Positions 52,896 to 64,000 of a stretch of DNA of 64,000 nucleotides are shown here, one piece after another. Location of the stretch: assembly GCA_002633005.1 (NCBI GenBank), contig NMRA01000224.1:185988-249987 (forward strand), in the 5' to 3' direction. Numbering within the stretch: the first letter of the stretch is position 1; every line of letters starts with the position of its first letter. The DNA comes from Phoronis australis (Eukaryota > Animalia > Phoronida). The notes under the pieces are model-generated. The model was not told where the DNA came from, ran no database searches, and worked only from the letters and a program-made list of their open reading frames with translations. A program made the translations under genes and the position numbers.

Positions 52896-55800
52896 TTGAC
52901 ACCTTCACCTTTTGTTACATTTGAAGTTGTTGCTTAAAAAAAATAATTTGAATTATCAGCAGGTGTACAAAGACGGTACTGACCTTATGAGTTCAGTCCC
53001 AGGTAAATCGTTAGTTCAACCACCTGGTAATCAGTTTCATTAATAATAACCACCTGTATGAACGACAACCTTGAACCCGCATATAGTCATATTCATACAC
53101 TCAACTGGCAATAGTCAGATATAGCATGCTCATATTTTGAGAACCAGTTTGATGTCCATTATTCAGTGGAGAAAACTGGTTCTCAAAATCCAAATCCATG
53201 TTTTATCGGCATTACCCACTAAAGTTTAAACCTGTTACATCACATTTGGCATAACTCAACTTATATGTGAAAATTAATCTAAAGCCCTTATCACATCTTA
53301 GAGTTTATTTCTATAGTGAACTTGCAAAACATTGCCTAACCACTGTTTGCAAAGAATCTCATCCACAACTAATGTAAACTGTGGAACAAAATAAACTACC
53401 AACATTATCCAATGTACTAGCCAAGTGAATCACTGTTCACCTAACACTAATAACCCACCAGACACCTGCAGCCAGGTTTACAGAATGGAGATAGTGCCAA
53501 CATGTTGGCCAAGCTGTCTAATCACATCATTGGCAACAATTTTGCTTGTGTATGCCGGTAAGATCGCGAGCTTACAGTAACGGGAAAACACTCACCTCTC
53601 GCTTGCGTCACTGGGTGATCTCGCCAAACACTAAGAAACTAGTTTTGCACGAAGGCACCCCATCCCAGCATGTTACCTACCACCTCCTGCCCTAGGCTCC
53701 CTGCAGTGGTTTATAGGTGTTCAACTCATGAATGAAGGTTTATAGCCTTGGTGATCTTATCAGGGTACTAATAGCAGTGCAGCTTAGCACCTGGCGAACA
53801 AAGGCTCACCTCACGAGAAATCAACACACACAACACTTCGTCAAGTTTGTCAGGCTCAACTTAACAAACAAACAAGAGATAAAGTTGGCTAATTCACAAA
53901 TATTTCACAAACCTTCAAGTGGGAGCCAACCTGGACTACACATGTGTGTCCTGAGATTCAATTAAATGCCTTAAGATGATCCCATAAACTACAGTGACAT
54001 ACTTGACCTGATGTGATTTGACCTGCGGGCAAACAGGACGCATCTCTCACCTGCGCGTGTTGTAAGGTGTAAATCTTCGTCCAGGTATCAACAAATGTCC
54101 AATCCAAGTCAGTCTTACTAATACCTGAGAAAGTATCAAGTTATGGCATAAAGAATGTTTGCTTGCAAAACTTACAAACCTCAGTGGGGGCAATATGCAC
54201 ACAGGGACCTGTAGGCTAATGTAAACTGCGCGACAATGGAGTTTTTTAGGAGGGCAAGCAATAAATAGGAGATGGTTATTTTATTAGGGTCTGTTACCAC
54301 AAGGGGACTTTGTTGGCAATATTTACACCTCATTGAGCCCATAGGGAAGCCACTTCTACCCTAGGCCATGGTGAACAAATATAGTCACTAACCATACAAA
54401 CTACAGAGTAACATGAAACAAGTCATTAATTTGAAACTGGGATTCCAGTGTGAAATGTGCCTAACAAATGCAGGGATGCAGCCTGTATTTGGCAAACTAT
54501 TTATTACACATTCCGGCAGTCAATTTATTTGTCTAGTTAATGGGTTTAAGCAGGGTGCTGAAAAAGAGCAATCCAGGCTCTAACACACAAGTGTCAAAGA
54601 ATGGGATCCATTTCAATGTGTTGTGCATGAATCAATTTTCATTAATATAAACTCAACAATGGCCAATTGAAAAAAGTCGAAAACAGTCTGACAACTTGTG
54701 AGGAAATGAAAATAAAACCCAACAAAGAACACGTGCCAACAATTCATTGCTTTGACCAAATAGTAACAATCTGTATAAACGCTATTGTAGAAAAGAATTT
54801 CAGTTTGCCAATCAAATGACTTGATGCCCAAATCAGAACATGAACCTCATATTAACAACACAAACCAATTCTACAGAGCTGCAATACAAAAACCACCTAT
54901 TTTCCACAAAAAAATTCCCACATATGATAGTGGCCCTTATTTATTAAGCAGGGGATATTCCACGAGGGGAGTACTCCTAGGATTACACTCAGTGCTTACA
55001 ATTGTCAAAATCTCAATCCGTAATTTAAAGGAGAAATTGACGCAGTTTTGCTGTCAATGTTGAATTCTCAACGGAACAGCTTTAGGATAGAAACATTACC
55101 ACACCTATCCGATCCTGAATGGTAGGCAAAAAAGCCAGCAACCAAAGTCACAGCCATTGCGTACATCTGGGGCACAAATACGCCACCTTTTAAATTGGCA
55201 ATTTTAGGGCTAGCCAACCCCAAAAAACTCTGAAGTGTTTTCTTGAGTCGCTGATGGTTTTGATATTCTTGGTAAAAAAGGAAATCAATGTCGTGTCACT
55301 GTAAGGAATATTATGAGACTGATTTTGGGCCATAAGTGGCCTAATTCTTTTCCACTCCTTGACAACTAAATAGTGAGGAAATGTAATTTTTTAAGTTTAG
55401 AAATTTGACAAAATAAAACTCCATTTGTCCATGACACTGAGTGCTGAATAGGTGTTCTGCATTTCAACAGTGCTGAATACGTTTTTGGGACAACAGCACA
55501 ATTTTATGATTGAAACTTCATAACACGTGCACACAGCATTGTTAAAACCCATCCCCTCCCACAAGCCACCACCCAATTAATAACTAGAAAACAACCAGTT
55601 GTTATTTCTCACGCTGGGTTTGGGAAGATAAAATATGCTTTGAAGTTCTTACAGTTAGTAAACATCAGAGTAATCATTTTGAAATTGTGCATTCCTTAGT
55701 TTTCTGCTGATAGCATCCTCGCAGCTGTACCCTAAGGTCTGGCGTGTTCCATGCAAGAATTTGGGCTCACCACATTGACAATCAATTTCAACTCTGAAAA

Positions 55801-57125
55801 TTTGAACTCCGCCAAGTGACAAAGCCAATACGTAACCTGTCAATTGAACAACAGGAGTTTCCTACTACCCCTGTTTACCTACTTATAGTTGTGTTTACAC
55901 CACTTGTGACTATTTACAAATAGAATTATTTTATTTCAAAACAAAAAATGACTCACTTCCGCCCATCACTGTCACTGTACTGTCCAGATTATTTACAGAA
56001 CGGTTTCAGCCCCCCACGCAGATCTTTTATACATCTACCATGACTCAGGCCATCATGAAACTAGCAGAAGCCTTTTTGTTCACTGTGGTTAAGAATAGAG
56101 CAACACAAGCTGATCCCTTTTGATCAAACTCCAGACAGGTAACCAGCCTATCCCCACCAGGTATTTCTTAAATACACAAGGGGTACTTGAGTACAATGTG
56201 ACACAGACATGGTATGTGTTCAATAATCACAGCTAATGCCCCCAGTCACAGGTAGCAGTCAAACTCTTGTACAATTACGCTCTAGTCAATTCCAAGCATC
56301 TCCCCTAGCCATACTGGAGTATGACAAGTCAGGGTGGCCAGAGTCAGTCTTAACACCGACACCTAAACTTTAATAGCTCACAACAAATTTCTCCACTGTG
56401 GCCATGAAAATTCAAAGAAAAAGTCAAGGTTGTTACTTTTTTGACAAGCAGACTCAAACTTAGTGGCCACAAGTATAGAAAATAAAGATATGTCTACATC
56501 TATGCCTGTCCCCTCAAAAACTGGTCAACTTTCTCTTACTCTGCAGTCATAACAAAATGTCATATTCTACACCACCGCTTTAAAGAAGTACTCTAAGGTA
56601 CGCAAGTACTCTAAGGTATGCAAGGCTTATGTATTGGTAAAAAGGGTAAAAAGGAATCCAAACTTGCGACAGGTGAGCCAGAGGTCTTCAAGATGACTGG
56701 TGACAAACAAAAGCACATCCTGATTGCCAGACTCCAGCTCAGGTCAACTGACAATAGCCTGCCAAATACACTAAACCTCTCCCCATTCTCAGTGTTCACT
56801 ACTCGAGTTCACTCTAAAGTGGAACAAAATTGTTTAAATGTCAAAAGAACAGATTGCATGTGAACTGTCTTATTAAATGCTAACAGCGGGACAACAGGTC
56901 TGTGTGTTACTGGACTGACTAATACATCCAATTCGTTCTAAAGTCAGAGATTTACTGATTAAAAATTAACAAATTCATTGCATATTGTTAGCACAATTTT
57001 CAAAAACGAAAATCAAAACCAATGAGACCCAGTCCAATGTCAAACATTCATCAAAACAGTATCTACAAAAGATGGCCTCACTATGACATGAAAGTGACAT
57101 AATAGCATTTCAGAAAAAAAGTCAA

Positions 57126-57427
57126 ATGGCTAAAACAGACCTACGCCCTGTCAACCTTAATTTATTTGCTTGTGGGGGCAATGCTAAGCTTCGTCTGCAA
57201 CCCATAGAAAAACAGTACTATGAATTTAAAATAACTCTACCAGAACCAATCCTACCCCACGTTCAAGTGCCATTAAAGGGTTCCTTCAAACCAGAACCCA
57301 CAATCAAAGCGCAGAAACCAAAATTTCCAATCTTTCGAAATTTTAAGTCCCCACAACAAAATATTACGCCAATACCTAAGGAACTTATCTGTGAAGCTCT
57401 TCTGTCAGAAAAAAGAACAAAATTCCC
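57126..57427 (+). CDS. Predicted exon 1 of an uncharacterised ~600-aa plus-strand gene (Pro/Lys-rich)
   Basis: caaATGG start, 100 open codons, donor CC|GTAGGT (phase 2) that removes the TAG. Confidence 0.5.
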
Positions 57428-57758
57428 GTAGGTTACACAAAATAATAACTTTGGGTTGACAGAAGTTTTAACACAATTCCGACATGTGTGTACTGGAGTC
57501 TTTCTACGTAGCAATCAGATTCTTAGGCCAATGCTGAAGTGAACTAGCACTTTTGGAAGTTTAAGACCCGATCACCTGGCACATACATTTTGATTGGTCT
57601 TGTGGTTTTAATGCGATACACTAGTGAACTGTATTGGTGCTATTAGCAGCGTTTATGCGTGAAATTTCATTTCAGCTATTTCTTAGCTATTTTTACACTT
57701 ATTGTTAAACGACAATTTGTGACTATTTACATGATGATTTTCTCCGCTATTTCTCCAG

Positions 57759-57776
57759 TATTTTACAACGCGCCAA
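57759..57776 (+). CDS. Predicted 18-nt microexon (phase 2/2)
   Basis: Strong acceptor ttttctccgctatttctccag| and donor CAA|GTAAGG; keeps the frame (P-ILQRA-K). Confidence 0.45.
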
Positions 57777-58512
57777 GTAAGGGGATTTCGCTGCTCTCGT
57801 TATCTCCATGGCCACAAAATTGTTTAGTGCTCCAAGGCAAATGGCATGACACATGTCCTGAAGTGCCATGAGTTTGTACCCCAAGTGCAGCTGTCACATT
57901 TTACTCAAGTAAAATACACTATTTTTATCCTGTAACGAATGGCGATTAAAAATGCTATGTCTCATTGAACTGTGAATATACAAATGAAGTACCAGTTTAC
58001 AGACCACCCCCGGGTCTTCTGGTGTGCAGGAAACCATCCGAGAACCAGTTAACATTACAATCTTGTGAAAGTCTTGTTTTGCTAGACTATTTTTATGTAA
58101 ATGAGTATGGTAATATGTCATCATTACCTTAATGAAACAAGGCACAGTTGTTATTATTTGTTCATTTCACTACCAAATAACAATTGCATAATATTTGGAA
58201 TTACTAGGGTCATCTATATGCTCACACAAGTTCTTAACTGTATCAGTTGTGCTGTTTTCTTAACACTGCAATTTATTTACAAATTGTTTCAGAAAATCTT
58301 TTCCTGATTATAATTGTGCACACAGTTCTCCAGGAAGTCACAAGGTGGCACTTGCTACAAATTTAAATATTCACGGTTTTAATGAGACATAGCATCTTTA
58401 AAGTTTGGATTTTACTTGGTATGTCATGACGATTAAAATAACGATCAAAATGTTGATTAAAACATCCATGCAAACAGGTCTAGTGAAACAACCAGCTTGT
58501 GATATCTTGTAG

Positions 58513-59995
58513 GCATGTTAGGACGCTATCTTGGAAACTTAAAACCCGACCGCCAGGCGTTGTGAAGGGCCAAAGTTGGAAAAGCGCACACTATATAGCA
58601 CACTATATAGCGTTAGGCAGAAAAAGGACAAACAGTGACTTCACTTTACTAACCCCTTCAATCCTGCTGCAGGTTCTAGATGACCACCCATCTCAAGCAA
58701 GCACAACTGAAGACAGCGTGTGCCAAGATGCACATACTCAATACAGGCTTCAGCAATACCATCAAAATATATTCGACATCCAAAAAAGTCACCTGGCAAC
58801 CAGTGACATTGACAAGTACCGGGACAGTGACATTTATAAAGAATCGTTATTGGTATTCAATCCTTTGGGAGAAAATGGACTAACCACAGGAAGTGTGATA
58901 ACACAACAGATGATGAACGACATGAATGATGACGAGATAAATATCTCTGCGGTCAACGGTATTCGAAATCACAGAATTACGTCAAAGAACGAACCAGAAA
59001 CATGCAGACTTAGAGAACAGGAACAACCAGCGCCACCTGAAAACATCACTAGCAACTGCGAAAGTACAGACAGTGAGGACTTCAAAAAGAAAATGAGCAC
59101 TGAACTTCATGAACAGAATACAGAAAGAGAAACTTCAAGAAACAAATCGTTCCAAGAACTTCATTTAGTTGAGTTAGAAGCCAAAACAAGTTGTGATGAA
59201 GCAATAGTGCAGGAAAATGTAACGGAAGTCACACACATGAAATCAGCTACAGAGGAGGAAGTCTTATTAATGACAACCAATGACACGGGCGCAGTGTTGG
59301 CTAATGACAGTGAAGCTGGAGGCAAGCTGGACAACTACACGCAGCCTGAGCAGACAGGTAGCGACCCCTGTTGGACAATGGATGAAGTGAGCCAAGAGAA
59401 TACAAACAACTCCAGGCGATCAGCAGAGTCAAAGATGAAACAAATCACAAATACTGACGTACAACAAAAATTTACCAAACGAGTTAATACCAACAGGAAC
59501 TGTACAACGTATAGTGAAAATCCGATAAAATGGCAAACTTCTATGAAGCCTACAAAGAAGCGAACTATTACCAAAAGAGTTGACAAGAAAGACTGGCAGA
59601 CTACAACGAATGAAGAAACTTTGACATGTGAAGAATCCCAAGTCAATGAAAGTCACAGGCCCACTGCAAAAACAAATAGTTCCCAGAATGTCGACCTCAA
59701 CAAATTGCCCAATGCAATGCGAAACAAGACCATGTTAAATAATGATGTGGAAAATCGAGGCAAGAAACTCTATGAACTAAGACAGAGTCACACCTGGCGA
59801 CTGCCCAAGATTGCTGCGCGTACAGCCAGATGTCAGCAAGAATGGCACCGAGGTGAGACGGGGTCAGAGCACAGCAGTCGGCTGGCCGTTCGCTTGCAAT
59901 GGGAAATGGAAAAACTCTCAGTCTTGGCAAAAACAGCTACTGCAGTCTACCCAGACATAAATGAATATGATAATGGACGTGACTCATCTAATTAA
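58513..59995 (+). CDS. Large terminal exon of the uncharacterised gene (T/N/E/S/K-rich, likely disordered)
   Basis: ~1.5-kb stop-free frame in AT-rich DNA. The phase-2 acceptor tatcttgtag|G CAT is in frame with the upstream exons; an alternative phase-0 acceptor (ctaac...ctgcag|GTT) lies at 58673. No recognisable domain. Confidence 0.65.
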
Positions 59996-62105
59996 CACGG
60001 CGTTTCAGACTGTTCACTGAAAACAGTGTGCAGTTACACAAATTGGATCAACCTAAATGAGGACTACTGACTATAAATTAGCACTGATTTACTTGATTGA
60101 GTCAGACGTCAACAGGATATAACATTGAAGAAACAAACGTGTTGGGTTTCTTATCGAACACACAGTACTGCACTAGTCATCCCTTGGTGAGAATCCCTCT
60201 TCCATTTCAGGTATACAAATGTTGACATTCTTACAAGTTTCTTTGTCTAGCTAGTTCACTTAAGGCAGTTAACTAAGTAATTAATACACTGCAATGGTTA
60301 TCACAAGAGTATCAATGGTTATCACACAAGTATCAACCAAATCACTAGCAGACAATTACAATGATAACATTCAGTTTGGCTTTAACTTGGACCTTAAGTC
60401 ATGTAAGGGTTCGGTCTTGTTGCAGCCACTCAAATTTTGAGACCAAAAATCTGAAAACTAAGACATCACTTGAGCTGAGCTACGCAATGAAAGTGATTGT
60501 GTTGTACTCAATCATAATGCTCTATACAACACTGACAAGTTTATTCTCACGCAAAATAGTCTCGAATAGGTGTCCCCACCCTTCAATAGGTGTCCCCACC
60601 CGTAAAAAAAGTTCATCATCTTTATCAAAGCCTAACACGCAACACCGCCTGAGATTCACTTAAATCATCACTTCCTTAGTCGAGAATGCATTAGAAACCA
60701 GCTTGCCTATATAAAGCTGGGAGGAAGTACTTATCGGATCCTGCTCAATGCTTGTGCAGTCAAGTTTATATACCAGTATGCAGTCAGCTGGCAGATACTC
60801 AAAATACGGTCAGCAGCCATTTTTTTATAAACAACAAAGCAAAACCGGCTACTTCAGAACCTCAAAACTCTATTTGCGGACAGCATTTAAAGTCATATCA
60901 TGAAACTTGTACCGAAATGAAGATCACCCGCCAACTTCACAGAAGCCAGAAATTTGTAACCACAGCATTCATCTATAGCACCTACTCTGTTTGTTAAAAC
61001 TGGCAGTTTTAAGTAAACTAGCTATTAACGTCATCTATTAGCAGCATGAACACAGCGTTTAATTTGATTACATTTCATTCATGTTTTAAACAGAGGAATC
61101 CAAAGTCGTGTATTTGAATGGACCGCACTTCTACAACTGCTTGGCCACCAGTTGTGACTCCGTTGTGGGGACACTCAGTTGATTGGACACAAGGTGCATT
61201 TGAGGCAACTTGCACTAATTTAAGTGTTCATCTGGATATAGCATTAGACTACCTTATCAATGAATATCAAAGCCCAGTTGTCTATGACAGGACGAGTGGG
61301 AGATATGAAAAGGAATGAAAAAAGTTTTTAAGGCAGTCGGTCAAGACGATCAGTGAAATACGGAAAATCTATTGTTGATTTTAAACATGCAGCAAAAGAT
61401 CCATCCTTTTTAGCAAATAATTTTGGTGCCCGAAGACAGAGTTTGTAGAACAACCATTGCCTTGCCACGCCATCACTAGTGCACAACTCAGAACACTGGT
61501 AAGCTTTGTTTTTGTGGAAAGCTAAAACAGCAAGAGTGAAATCAACACCTAAACTTTTCATTGACAAATTCACAACTGCTTGGCTGAGGGCTCCTGAAAA
61601 ATTAGGTCGTCAACCCCTTTAAGAGAATAAGAAAAACGAAACCCTATTATTTTAGAGTGTGTTAAAAACAATGAAGTGTTTGTTGGGTACTGGTCTACTT
61701 TCCCCTCAAAACGCATCATTGAGAGGAATTCTAAACCTTACAAAATGATAAACGTATTCGTTACACTAAAATTATATCTAATGATGCAAATTCACTCTGG
61801 AAAGCAGTGTCGCTTTTCGCCTAATTACATCTAGCCTCTATTTGCCTGTTTCAATTGTTGACTTGCCTGTTTCAACCTTGGAATCTTACTCAATTCATTA
61901 ACATTGAACAAACTACAATCACCCCAACAAATCTACATCAAAAAATGAATTTTAGTAGCGATAATCCTGTAGAAAATTACTCAATCCTTAGCCTTCCATG
62001 GGGAATTTAGTCCAAAAAAGCAAATAATTTTATAGCTTTGAAACGACAAAGAGGGATGATGCCGTTCTGTTATTTTGCCGTCAGATTTATGGAGAGCAAT
62101 AAAAT

Positions 62106-62379
62106 CGGGCGGATCCAGGAATTTGAGTTAGGGAGTGCCAGGGCAGAGTGTTAGCCAGGATTTTGAGTTAGGGAGGGCCAGGGCAGAGTATTAGCCAGGA
62201 TTTTGAGTTAGGGAGGGCCAGGGCAGAGTATTAGCCAGGATTTTGAGTTAGGGAGGGCCAGGGCAGAGTATTAGCCAGGATTTTGCCCGTCAGACATTCG
62301 CACCCCCAACTGCCAAATGGAATCTGGGAGAATTTTAGGGGGGCCATGGCCCCTTGGCCCCCCTCTAAATCCGCCACTG
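62106..62379. mobile_element. Second copy of the 11982 MITE family with an internal 40-bp unit expanded to 4 copies
   Basis: Same ends (gggcggatccagg...taaatccgccactg) and same body. Unit ttttgagttagggagggccagggcagagtattagccagga x4; flanks aaaat/caaat. Confidence 0.85.
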
Positions 62380-64000
62380 CAAATAGAGCTTTACCGATTC
62401 ACCAAATTCTTTCATATTTCACCAATTCTTAAATTCCAAATAAAATACTAGGACTGTTTTCTCAGGTGTTCCTGCCAGTCAACTGCATTTCTGTGCAAAT
62501 ATGACTTTGGCAAAGTTTCCAGTCTCCCAGAAAATATCGCTGTACTAAAACAATGGGAAACACACAAGGTAGATGTTCATTTCAATGTGGAAGTTGTGAA
62601 AACTTGCTCATGGTTGGGCATGCTACATTCTGATGCGAGTTTAGAGATGAAAGGACCACAAACATTGTTGTGGACAGGAAAACTAAGCTACATTTAAATT
62701 ATTCATTCTTTACAAAACTGAAATCAATTTGTATTTCGACATTCAGTCATAAACTGCAATAGTAGATATGTCCAGTCTAATAATGGCATAACACTTGAAG
62801 TCAACAGAAAAAAATGACCAACAGAAATGTCCAACCACCTGTGAAAAGGCTAGAGGTTGGTGTAAACAACAAATAGACTAATACACAATGTTATACATCA
62901 CCACCTCCATCAAAGCAATGCTATTTAAATGCCCAGGTTAAAGGAGTACTTGGGTAGTCAGGTGTGCTACATTAAGACATATATTCCATTGCGAAACGAG
63001 AACAAATTGAGCTGAAGTCAACTGAAAAAGCGAGCTTTGCTTATTTGCTATCTTTTAGTTTTACCCACATGGCACATTGAATCCCTGTTTTGACATGTTA
63101 CTTGTCATACACTGCTCGCTGGCTGGGCTTAATTTCAAAAGGAGTTGGATTGTGAAAAATCCCTTGTCTAAGCAGCTCATCCTTTATGTTCTACCTAAGT
63201 ATGTACCCCAACTCTCTCCTGTGACAACATCAAAGATCTTGCCCCTAGCCAAGGCGAGGGGGTAAAACTGAGTGCAAATCAGACGCCTCAAAGCCTGGAA
63301 CTCCGGCCCAGAAAACAAGAAACTTCTCAGGCCAATGCCCAAAGATGATAAAAGGCACAAAAGAATCTATTGCATCAATACTCAATTTCATAAGTCACCG
63401 ATTCGGTGAGGATGATTAGCTCCTTCAATGAACTTCTTGTCATAGAAGCAGCCAAGGCGACGCTTCGAGCGCTGGTCTGAAAAGTAATCATAATCGTCTC
63501 GTCGATGGAGTCGCGGACGAACACATGGTCATTCTCGTAGTCATTTTAAGAATTCTTCAACACAAGTCTAATCGTATTTGGTATGAACAGGGACCAAATA
63601 TCACAATTTTACTCGTAGTGACCGTAAAATGTTGTTCTTGGGAACAACAGAAGCAAAAACCACCACCTTCTTACCTGGCTTTCTTCTGCACTCAAAGCTT
63701 CCTCAAATCACGTGACCTAGTTTACCTGTGACTGGTCACGCTCACAGTGGTTTAATCAGAAACTACATATCGGGGATTTACCGGGCAGCAGGTTTCGGTG
63801 GGGGAGCAGCTCGTGGCATAGGCAATTACACCTCCCTGAATGCCCCAGGCATATAGGCAAACGAGGACCAGCGTGTTTGTCTATTCATTGTAGCGCAGTC
63901 ATTTGCAATAGAAAAACCTAACCTTCAGCATAGGTGATTTTACACAACATGTACGGCTAGAAAGTAGCATGCCGATCGATGTAAAACCCAAAACCATTAT

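Noticed and set aside
25800-57000. Numerous 60-110-aa ORFs
   Set aside because: No recognisable domains, often non-ATG starts, and lengths expected by chance in intronic or intergenic DNA.

Overview
This is AT-rich, intron-rich animal genomic DNA, most likely from a marine invertebrate bilaterian (the taxon cannot be fixed from sequence alone). It is not prokaryotic. The main feature is a minus-strand dystroglycan (DAG1/Dg) gene. I reconstructed five shared coding exons by reading splice sites and phases: 24649-24368, 18029-17313, 16053-15985, 15516-15316 and 14490-14439. They encode the signal peptide, N-terminal cadherin/Ig-like and S6-like domains, furin site and mucin region. Two complete, paralogous terminal exons follow (10723-9552 and 6653-5449). 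Each has its own phase-1 acceptor and encodes the second cadherin-like domain, the SEA G|S autocleavage site, the TM helix and a full cytoplasmic tail ending in PPPYVPP-stop. The gene therefore appears able to swap its whole beta-dystroglycan by alternative last-exon choice (~830 aa vs ~841 aa). Also present: a 21-bp-period RFX X-box-like array next to and inside terminal exon A; a minisatellite that could be an in-frame mucin cassette exon; a phase-consistent 3-exon plus-strand gene model (~600 aa, with an 18-nt microexon); a degenerate THAP ORF; PIF/Harbinger and other MITEs; a CTCF-motif-bearing ~145-bp satellite; many minisatellites; and one likely assembly-artefact duplication. No rRNA, tRNA or CRISPR array was recognised. 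All gene models were read by eye and have no transcript support.
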